From: Bryobacteraceae bacterium
Lineage (GTDB): Bacteria > Acidobacteriota > Terriglobia > Bryobacterales > Bryobacteraceae
NCBI GenBank assembly: GCA_028275505.1
Contig: JAPWUP010000002.1
Location: 9,965 to 73,964, forward strand
Length of the DNA: 64,000 nucleotides
Direction of reading: 5' to 3'
The notes beneath the pieces are model-generated. The model had not been told where the DNA came from and did no database searches. It worked only from the letters and a program-made list of their open reading frames with translations. A program made the position numbers and the translations under genes. This document shows positions 45,598 through 53,572 of the stretch, piece by piece (the first letter of the stretch is position 1; each line of letters starts with the position of its first letter).

Positions 45598-46229
45598 ACC
45601 ACTCCTTCGTGGGCCCAAAGGCTCTCGAGCTGCACCGTTATGGCCTCGCGTTGTCCTACAAAGCATCTTATGTCTTCGAACCAGTCGAGGTGGAACCGTA
45701 CGTAGTCCCTCGGATATCGATGCAGATGAAACGAGGGCATCACTGTCATCACGTACAGGAAACCGCCTGGCCACAGTGCGGCCACCATATTCTTGAACGC
45801 GGTGACAGGGTCGATGACGTGTTCCAGCAACGTGTGGCCTATTACGGAGGAAAACTGCCCTTGGAGCGGGTCAGGGAGAGGCTCCAGGACATCCCACTCG
45901 AAGTCAGGGGCTGCCCCGTCGCCTGGGCCGAAAAGCTCCGGATGCAGATTGGAGGTGAGAAACTCCGTGGTCGGATATCGGTCTCGCATGACCTCCGCAA
46001 CGGCACGACTTTCAGAGACCAGGAGACAGCGTGACCCAAGTCCGTAAGACTCCCACATCCAGCGGAGCGCGCCCGCGAAGTGGCCACTGAGGTTCGGAAC
46101 TCGGAGGATCAGTCGCTCGGCGTCGCCCGGCAGCGGAGTGCCGGATCGGCTAAACCAAAACACGCCGCGAGGCTCTAACCCCCCCGCGCCATGATCTCGT
46201 GGCGCAGCCATAGGTAGGCGGGACGGCAA
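45555..46229 (-). CDS. Class I SAM-dependent methyltransferase-like protein
   Basis: FSSVIGHTLLEHVIDPVTAFKNMVAALWPGGFLYV (Methyltransf_11-like C-terminal half). The N-terminal SAM motif is not clear. Confidence 0.55.
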   Translation of the reverse strand: MPSRLPMAAPRDHGAGGLEPRGVFWFSRSGTPLPGDAERLILRVPNLSGHFAGALRWMWESYGLGSRCLLVSESRAVAEVMRDRYPTTEFLTSNLHPELFGPGDGAAPDFEWDVLEPLPDPLQGQFSSVIGHTLLEHVIDPVTAFKNMVAALWPGGFLYVMTVMPSFHLHRYPRDYVRFHLDWFEDIRCFVGQREAITVQLESLWAHEGVVCACWQKIIKQKRT

Positions 46230-46280
46230 ATGCTTTTCAGAGTGCCCTTCAAAATTTTTCCTTCACCTCAGGACCTGGCT

Positions 46281-46985
46281 TCATAACCGTCGCAGCAAGC
46301 CAGCGTGATCGATATATCGAATGGCGGCAATCGTAGCCGCCAGATAGGGGCGTCGGTAGCACATCCATTGCAATCCCCTCTCCAGGCTGCGCGTGATGAA
46401 CTCACACCGGCACCACAAAAGGTCGGCACCGCCGCGCAGCCCTGCGAGGCCCATCCCGAATACAGTGTACCCACGCGCCTCGAAATCCCAGGGGAACCAG
46501 CCGGAGAGGTGCGCGTGAAGCCGCGGCTCTTTCAGGTAGGCGGGCTCAACGAAGCCGCGCGGAGTTTCGATATAAACCAGCCGCGGATTTAAAAGTTCCA
46601 CGAGTCGCAGGAAGTGCTCACCTCGCTCTCGTGGAAGGTGCTCGATCAGGTGGGATGCCACGATGGCATCATAGTGAGTCCCCGACGTGACCTGCTCGCG
46701 TAGCCACTCGAGCACGTCGGTCTGAACGTACTCATCAAAAGCGTTTAGTTCCCTTGCGCGGCTTAATGCCTGCGCGGACGCGTCCACTCCGGTGCATCTG
46801 ACACCTTTGGCTCGGAGGGGTGTCAACAGGCTATTCGTCCCGCATCCTAGATCGGCCGCCTTCTGGCAGCCCGACTTAATGACCAGGTACTGGAAGTACC
46901 TCCGCGGTGACGGACAGATCTTCTGTACCCAGGATCCGTAATGAACAGGCCCCAGCCGACGCTTCATGAGTCGCTGGTAGCTCAC
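46281..46985 (-). CDS. Class I SAM-dependent methyltransferase
   Basis: AADLGCGTNS, VDAS, YDAIVASHLIEHLP. Confidence 0.7.
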   Translation of the reverse strand: MSYQRLMKRRLGPVHYGSWVQKICPSPRRYFQYLVIKSGCQKAADLGCGTNSLLTPLRAKGVRCTGVDASAQALSRARELNAFDEYVQTDVLEWLREQVTSGTHYDAIVASHLIEHLPRERGEHFLRLVELLNPRLVYIETPRGFVEPAYLKEPRLHAHLSGWFPWDFEARGYTVFGMGLAGLRGGADLLWCRCEFITRSLERGLQWMCYRRPYLAATIAAIRYIDHAGLLRRL

Positions 46986-48370
46986 TGCTTGCAGCGTACG
47001 CGGACCACCGGCTCGCTCACACCTCGGCGGGCTGCCAGCGCTCGCTGTGTCAGGAGCCGCTGTTTGGAACCTTTGCTCATCGAAGTGGATACGCTCATGA
47101 TCAGCAGGCCCAAAGGAAGCACGACTTTGAATAGGGGGAGATAGAAGGAGTATATGTCGTTTACGATGCTCGTGAGGGCATAGGGGGCGCTAACGGCGTA
47201 CACAGTCTGAGACCAAATATTCCCTGTCGAGGCCGCCAGCCAATGTTTTTTGAGCCAGCGCGCGAGTAACCAGTAGCAGATCCAGCCCAGATACCAGAAT
47301 TGCTGGAAGACCGACGCCGGGCCAGTAGGCACTGTGGTGGGGTCGATCTGCCATTCGTAACGGTTGGCGACGGCACTGGCTTTTGGACCCACGTGCCCCG
47401 CATCGGGCAGATCGAGCAGCAGCCTTTCCTTGCCTTCGTCGCCCACAATCCGCCGGGGAACGAAATACCTCACCCAGGAGTTGTAAAAGCCCAGACCGTA
47501 CTGGAACGCTTTTTCCTCTTCTGTGACTTGAAGCAGGAAGCAACCATCCTGAAACTCCGTACCGCCCTTCCTCAACGCTTCACCCACCGCCCCAAATGCT
47601 GTCTCACGAATCGGCAGGCCCGAAAAAATCCCGCCGGGTACACGGAACAGCGGCAGCGCAAACATCATCGCTGCCGTCAAGCCGCCGATACAAAGGACCG
47701 GCAGTCGCGACGGCAGCCAACCACGAGTCCAGTAAAGCAGGCAGCCAACCGTCACCAATAGAACCGCCAGCGGTGTTCGGCGGGCGACCAACAGCACCGT
47801 CGCCATCTGTAAAGCAAGCGCGGGAAGCGCGAAGACCAAGCGCCACGACGACCGCAGCCGTAACGCAGCGAGAGCCACCAGCAGGCCGCCCGGCACCAGG
47901 TAATCCGCGAAGAACGCGTAAATGACCGGCTCGCCTCGCCATTCCAAACCGTAGCCGGCCGCTCCCAAATAAAGGTTTCTGAACCCACCGACGAGGCCAG
48001 CCAGCCTCCACTGGCCCAGCAACCCCAGTACCTCGAGCCCAAGGCCGATCCAAAAAAGCAGCCGGAGCTCGGCACGGTACAGGCGGGGATCGGCGAGCCT
48101 TGCCGGTCGGGTGGGACCGTGCGCCCAGCCCCAGTAGACCGCAGCCACGCACAAGGCTGAAAAGAGCAGGAACTTGCAGACTGCATACCACGGTGCGCTC
48201 CCAGACCTGATGACCCCGATTGCCTGTGGTCCTAGGAAGCCCAGAAACGCGAGGGCCACGAGGGAAGGCAGATAAAGAATGCCCGATCGGAACCTCAGGG
48301 TCTTCACGCACACCAAGAATGCGACCCCTGCGAGCACCCCAAGGCATGTCCACTCGGCCGCAGTCTCCAT
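46982..48370 (-). CDS. Polytopic membrane protein, probable O-antigen/EPS polymerase (Wzy-like)
   Basis: About 10-12 hydrophobic segments with a larger loop. Located between methyltransferases and the flippase. No strong motif. Confidence 0.5.
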   Translation of the reverse strand: METAAEWTCLGVLAGVAFLVCVKTLRFRSGILYLPSLVALAFLGFLGPQAIGVIRSGSAPWYAVCKFLLFSALCVAAVYWGWAHGPTRPARLADPRLYRAELRLLFWIGLGLEVLGLLGQWRLAGLVGGFRNLYLGAAGYGLEWRGEPVIYAFFADYLVPGGLLVALAALRLRSSWRLVFALPALALQMATVLLVARRTPLAVLLVTVGCLLYWTRGWLPSRLPVLCIGGLTAAMMFALPLFRVPGGIFSGLPIRETAFGAVGEALRKGGTEFQDGCFLLQVTEEEKAFQYGLGFYNSWVRYFVPRRIVGDEGKERLLLDLPDAGHVGPKASAVANRYEWQIDPTTVPTGPASVFQQFWYLGWICYWLLARWLKKHWLAASTGNIWSQTVYAVSAPYALTSIVNDIYSFYLPLFKVVLPLGLLIMSVSTSMSKGSKQRLLTQRALAARRGVSEPVVRVRCKQ

Positions 48371-48456
48371 GGCCTAAGTACTCCCCACGACCGCTACCGT
48401 CCCACGAGCGCTGCTAGCGCACTCATGCGCCACACGCAGATCAGGCGAGCCAAAAG

Positions 48457-49179
48457 CTACTGCTTCGTTTCAGCTACCCAGAAGGACATGCGTCCGTGGC
48501 CGGCAATCCTGCACCAAAGCGAGGGCTTGTTGGTCCAAACGCGCACGCACTTCGATAGGATCACCCGCAGCATTGCATCGGCGCTGCCCCACTGAAAAGT
48601 GTGGGGGTGGGCCACGAAGAACCAATCCTGAGGCCGCAGGCTACGCCGCAGACGCCAGGCGAGTTCGCCCATCAGGCTCAGCGTGTTCACTCCGAACACC
48701 AGAATTCCACCGGGTTTGAGAACACGGCCGATTTCGGCGACGATGCGGGACGGTTGCCACGCATGATCTACAACGTTGATGCACGCGACTATATCGAAGG
48801 TACCGCCGGCCGCCGGAATGTATTCTCCGCAGCCGCGGATGTACTTCACCCGTCCTCGGATTTCGGCGACCAATTGCCGGAGATCGGGGTCTCCAATATC
48901 CACCTTTATAAGTGGTAACGGATCCAGTCCGTAGATCTCGTCGATCTGCTGACGCAGGTGCGCACCAAGAAAACCGAGCCCGTAAGGTCCTACCCCGACG
49001 TCCAACCCCCTACGAAAGCGACGATCGCCAAACAGCTCACGAAACGGGTTTAGGACCTCCGAATGCTCCACCAGTTCATAGCGAACATGGTCTTCATCCC
49101 ACGCGCCCCGAAGCCAGGCCTGTAGCTCTGCGCACTGTGCTCGCCGAAACTGCTCAGCCGTCAAGTTACACTGCGGCAT
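48457..49179 (-). CDS. Class I SAM-dependent methyltransferase
   Basis: ATG 49179. GLDVGVGPYG, FDIVACINVVDHAWQPSRIVAEIGRVLKPGGILVF. Confidence 0.65.
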   Translation of the reverse strand: MPQCNLTAEQFRRAQCAELQAWLRGAWDEDHVRYELVEHSEVLNPFRELFGDRRFRRGLDVGVGPYGLGFLGAHLRQQIDEIYGLDPLPLIKVDIGDPDLRQLVAEIRGRVKYIRGCGEYIPAAGGTFDIVACINVVDHAWQPSRIVAEIGRVLKPGGILVFGVNTLSLMGELAWRLRRSLRPQDWFFVAHPHTFQWGSADAMLRVILSKCVRVWTNKPSLWCRIAGHGRMSFWVAETKQ

Positions 49180-50612
49180 GCTTCTGCCACCATGAACCCT
49201 GAACGGATCTTGACCCGCAACTGCTTGAAAGCGTACGGAACGGAAAGCCCCACATCCAAAGCATGCGCCACCGCGCCGGCCACGGGCAAACCCAGCAGCC
49301 CCAGCCAGCGCACCGAAAGCCAAGCAGTTGTGACGTAAATGAGCGCCACTGAGCTGTAAACGCAGGCGGCGAACCGCACCAAGCCCAGGCCTACCAGCAG
49401 TACCCCTGTGGTATTGCTACAGGCTTTGAGCAGGGAAAAACACGCCAGGCCGATGAGCAAGCCAAGCGTCGGAGTTACGTGGCCCGCACTCCACAGACGG
49501 ATGCCTTCTTGTCCCGCGATCGCCAGCAGCGCGCCTCCGCCACCGAGGACCATCACGGTCAGCGCCAGCGTCTGCCGGGCCCGCCGCCGAATCCAAGCCA
49601 CATCCCCACGGGCGAGGGCGTCGGCGTACGCCGGCAAGTAAGGGGATACGGTGTAATACGCGACCGAGATCAACACGGCAAACACCGCGTAAGGAACCGA
49701 ATACTGCGTCACGGCCGCGGGGCCGAGCCGGTTTGCAATGATCAGGTTGGCTGAATAAAGCACCGCCAGGTTCGCAGCCTGGTGAAGAGTCAACCAACCG
49801 CCCACTCCCCACAGCTCTCGCAAGCTGGAGAGGTTCGAGTCGCCCGCGCGCGGCCGCAAATCGCGGTGTCGTTTGCCGAAGAAGTAAGCTCCTAGCCCGA
49901 TTTGCGCGAGCAGGGGCGGCAAGCCCATCACCAATGCGTAGGTGATCAGCGAGGCGCCAGTCTTGGTAAGGACCACCAGAACAGCCAAGCTCACCACGGT
50001 TCCGCTGATCTGGCTCCAAGCGCCGTAATAACCTTCCTGAAGCGCAATGCACGCCGTGGGAATGACGCGGGTCAGGCTGCTCAGGGCGAACAACGCGCCG
50101 CAGAGGGCCACCAGTTGCCGTGCCCGAGCCGCCAGTTCGGGAGCCCGAATGCCTAGCAAGCTCGGGACAGCCTGCCAGTGGGAGACTAGTATGAACCCAA
50201 CAAAGAGGACACCCGCCAGAACTGCGTACGCTCCCAAGGCCGTCGAGATGTACCGGCGTGCGCTTAGGCGGTCTTCCCGCCCGCAGGCCGAAGCGACCAA
50301 GTTCACCAAGCCCGGCGTCAAGCCCAGGTCCGCCACCCCACCCCACGCAATGAGTGAACCCACGGCTAGCCAGAGACCATATTGCTCGGGTCCGAGCAAA
50401 GCCAGCGAAAGCGGTATTATCGCCAGCCGGCTTGCGCAACCTACCGCTTGTACGAGGAGACCGGCAGCAGCCGTCTTGATCGCCTGCCGATCGCGAAGGT
50501 GCAATCTCGGGGGACACACCAAGGCCTTGTTCTGATCACTTTGGAGTAGCCTCGTGGCCCGTTGCGACCCTAGCTTTAGGCCCACGCCATTCCCGCGACC
50601 TGCCTCCGGCAT
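49161..50612 (-). CDS. Polysaccharide flippase (Wzx, MOP superfamily)
   Basis: About 12-14 TM helices with typical Wzx-like length and composition. Abuts the upstream stop. Confidence 0.65.
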   Translation of the reverse strand: MPEAGRGNGVGLKLGSQRATRLLQSDQNKALVCPPRLHLRDRQAIKTAAAGLLVQAVGCASRLAIIPLSLALLGPEQYGLWLAVGSLIAWGGVADLGLTPGLVNLVASACGREDRLSARRYISTALGAYAVLAGVLFVGFILVSHWQAVPSLLGIRAPELAARARQLVALCGALFALSSLTRVIPTACIALQEGYYGAWSQISGTVVSLAVLVVLTKTGASLITYALVMGLPPLLAQIGLGAYFFGKRHRDLRPRAGDSNLSSLRELWGVGGWLTLHQAANLAVLYSANLIIANRLGPAAVTQYSVPYAVFAVLISVAYYTVSPYLPAYADALARGDVAWIRRRARQTLALTVMVLGGGGALLAIAGQEGIRLWSAGHVTPTLGLLIGLACFSLLKACSNTTGVLLVGLGLVRFAACVYSSVALIYVTTAWLSVRWLGLLGLPVAGAVAHALDVGLSVPYAFKQLRVKIRSGFMVAEACRSVT

Positions 50613-51423
50613 TCAGTTAATATCGGCCGTGCGAGCGAAGGCCCACACTGCTGTCCTGCCTAAGTCCTGACGCCAGACTTCCTGAAACCCCTGCAGCAGG
50701 CGTGGCAACCGCTTCGCGAAGTCTGAACTATGCGTCTCGACGATCAGCGCCCTAACCCGGGGCAACCACTCCCCGCAGTCCGCGAAAACTTCCACCTCCG
50801 AACCCTCGATGTCCGACTTTACCAAGTCTACACCATCCCAGCCCAGTTCTCGCAACAACTCGCTGACCGTCCATACCCTTGCTGTCTGGCAGGATCCCAG
50901 TCCCGCTTCTCGGGAAAGAAAGAACCCCCATTCACCGCCCGTGTCCGGCTTCCGGACATACCCTGTGCCTGGCTCTCCGCCGACGAATCCCTGCACAGTG
51001 CTTACGTTTCCTAGCAGCTCCGCGTTGATCTTCAAGACCTCAAAGTTCTCCTGCTCCGGTTCGACGCAGCAGATGAGAGCCTGGGGGAACAGCTCGCGGA
51101 AGCACGCCGCTGCCAGCCCGACGTTCGCGCCGAGATCCAAAACGCGTCTCACGGAAGCCCCCGAAAGTGCGGGACCCAGTGCCCGCACCGCGTCGAAGTA
51201 GAGGCGCTGGAAATAATTCCTGGACCACCAGAATGTCAGTGGTGGCAGCCCTGACCACGCAGCGCCGACCGCTGTTGAGCCGCAGCTCGGTCAACCGCCC
51301 TCTCCTCATCGATAAACTACGATTTCTGCGGAGCGCCGGAAGTCGGTATCGGACGTACTTGAGCTTGCTGACAAAGTCCAGCTCGCTCAGGAGAACGGCC
51401 CGGATGTGCGCTATCCGTTTCAT
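50613..51423 (-). pseudogene. FkbM-family methyltransferase, apparently frameshifted
   Basis: The N-terminal part (..RAATTDILVVQE) is in the frame of 51040-51423. The continuation (NYFQRLYFDAVRALGPAL..VLDLGANVGLAA ... VKSDIEGSE) is in the frame of 50613-51188. The switch is near 51213-51224. Confidence 0.55.
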
Positions 51424-52289
51424 AGTGTCGCGTTTTGGCGCAGGCGGCGCCAGCTCCGATAAGTGTCCCAGCTTACAGGACGGCGCCAGCGCACCGCCGC
51501 CGCTAACAACCAGGGCAACTCTCGCAACACCCTTAGTTCCGTCGAAAGCATACGGACTCTCAAGTTATACAGGGTATTCGAAAGCCAGGTGCCCAGTGCA
51601 TAGTACGGGAGGACGGGCCCCGGGCATCTCAGCAGCTCTCGCAAGACACTGTTTCGGTGACCCATCCAGCGAACTCGCCGCCAATCGCGATTCAGAGGCG
51701 ACTGCGCGTGGTAGACAACCACAGCAGGCAACGCAACCGTGGACCAGCCTGCGTCCAGCAAACGCAAGCTCAAGTCTTCCTCCTCCCCCATGAACTGGAA
51801 GACCTCGCCATACAAACCCACTTCACGCACGGCCGCCTTGCGCAAGAGGCACCCACAACCCGTATGGGTAGCTGTCGAAAATGGATCCCGACGCACATCC
51901 CAAGCCGGCTCGCCTCCCGGGCCGGTGATGTTTAGCGCGAAGACCCCTGCCCTTGGATACTTCTCCACGAAAGACGACAGCTCCTCCAACGCGGTCTCTG
52001 CGGTCAACTCGGCGTCGTCGTCCAGCATCAGGATCCAATCGCCCACGGCGGTCTCGATCGCAAGATTTCTGGCAAAAATGTACCCCATGCGCCGGGGTAG
52101 CCGAATATGCTTAACGCCTCGAAACTCGTTTTCGATGCCGCGGTAGGCGCTCTCAGGCGAGTGGTCGTCGATCACGAGGATTTCTGCTGGCTGGTGGGTT
52201 TGCCGAACCACGCTGGACAAACAGCGGCGAAGTTCGCGAGGACGGTTATAGGTTGCCACGGCAACGCTGACCAGTCCGCTTGGCTCCAT
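51420..52289 (-). CDS. Glycosyltransferase family 2
   Basis: VSVAVATYNRPRELRRCLSSV..VIDDHS ... MLDDDAE. Confidence 0.8.
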   Translation of the reverse strand: MEPSGLVSVAVATYNRPRELRRCLSSVVRQTHQPAEILVIDDHSPESAYRGIENEFRGVKHIRLPRRMGYIFARNLAIETAVGDWILMLDDDAELTAETALEELSSFVEKYPRAGVFALNITGPGGEPAWDVRRDPFSTATHTGCGCLLRKAAVREVGLYGEVFQFMGEEEDLSLRLLDAGWSTVALPAVVVYHAQSPLNRDWRRVRWMGHRNSVLRELLRCPGPVLPYYALGTWLSNTLYNLRVRMLSTELRVLRELPWLLAAAVRWRRPVSWDTYRSWRRLRQNATL

Positions 52290-52316
52290 CAGTGTCTCCT
52301 GGTGGACGAGCGGCTC

Positions 52317-53162
52317 TCAGCTTTCAGGAGGCCACTCCGTCCCCGCGCGCCGAGACACGAACGCCTCCATCGGCCGCTCGTTTCGCTCGATGACGGCGAG
52401 GTAGGGATATTGATGAACCGCCTTGACAAAGCGCTGCAAGCCCGTGGCTCGATATGACCAAGGCTGGTCACCGGGGAGGGCTTCGTTCAGCCGGTGCGTG
52501 AGCGCAGCCACGTAACCTGCGAAGGGGTTATGGATCCCGTGAATGTCCTCACAGATGTAGACGCCCCCGGGCTGCAGGTGCGGCAGGATCTCTTCCAGCG
52601 TGGTGGCTTGGTGATCAGGAAGGTGGCTGCCGTCGTCGATAAAAATGTGCAAGACGGGTACCGATCGCTTGAACCGTTGCCAGAAATCCCTATTTCCTTG
52701 GTCGCCAATGAAAATCTCTATCCGCTCGCTTCGGTAACGTTTGCAGTGCGGGTTGATGTCGATGCCGTATACCGTGCACCTGTCTCCAAAATAATCGCGC
52801 CACATTCGCAGGCTCCCCCCGCCGAATACGCCGCACTCCGCCACGTGGACTTCGCTGCCTCGAAACCTTTCGAAGTACCTTGCGTAAATGTCGAGGTAGT
52901 GGTCTCACTTCCAAACGCCTGGGCCACTGACGTGCGCCGCAAGCCAATCTCGAAAAGGATTTAACTCGCTCTCCAATTGTGGAGGCTCACAGTGGGTTTC
53001 CTGGGAGAGATGCCCCAGAAAGTCGGGCTTCCACCGCAGGGCACGGATGGCGTAGGAGAGGCACCGCAGGGCCCGGATCGCAGAAACTGGATGTGAGCAT
53101 GCCGACGACGCGGTGAGCCACATGGCATGCACCAACTGCTTAGTCGATCGTTTAGCTCTCAC
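52317..53162 (-). pseudogene. Class I SAM-dependent methyltransferase with an in-frame TGA
   Basis: 52905-53162 and 52317-52904 are the same reading frame, separated only by TGA at 52905-52907: ..GPGVWK*DHYLDIYARYFERFRGSEVHVAECGVFGGGSLRMWRDYFG..IYGIDINP..IDDGSH..GGVYICED. Confidence 0.6.
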
Positions 53163-53436
53163 GGCGTCCAGGCCGTGCTACGAGATCGTACGCAAGGCCC
53201 CCTTTGCGGGGCAGCGGCTCGAAGGCGAAGACTCTCCCCAGCGGCCCGACCAGCTCGGCAAACAGCAACGTGTAGAATCCCACGTGGGCGCCCACGTCCC
53301 AACAGACCATTCCCGGACGTACGAGCTCAATCACCTTCCGCTGCTTCGCCAGTTCGTACGACCCAAGCCAGCAGCCGTGATTGGACGACCCCGCAATCCA
53401 CCGTTTGCCGCGCAGCGGCCCTTGCACCACATGCAC
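53152..53436 (-). pseudogene. Truncated FkbM-family methyltransferase fragment (94 codons)
   Basis: VCWDVGAHVGFYTLLFAELVGPLGRVFAFEPLP, then the ORF stops. The whole C-terminal half of the family is missing. Confidence 0.5.
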
Positions 53437-53572
53437 GACCGCGCCGTCGGGAATCTATCGTAGCGGGAACCTCAACGCCCTCCCCAATAAGCTCGAGCAA
53501 CTAATCCCCGAGAAGTTAATCACCTTGCGCTTTTTCCCCCAATTCCGTTTGGGGGACCCTTAGGGAGGGGGG

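Noticed and set aside
52905-52907. The in-frame TGA as a selenocysteine or other recoding site.
   Set aside because: I saw no convincing stem-loop immediately downstream. The expected residue is more likely Trp than Cys, and the same operon has three other lesions. A nonsense mutation or sequencing error is the simpler reading. I cannot exclude recoding without a SECIS search.
53531-53555. Hairpin TTTTT-CCCCCAA-TTCCGT-TTGGGGG downstream of wzc as a terminator.
   Set aside because: For the minus-strand transcript the run after the stem is A5, not U. No plus-strand gene ends here, and the operon appears to continue.
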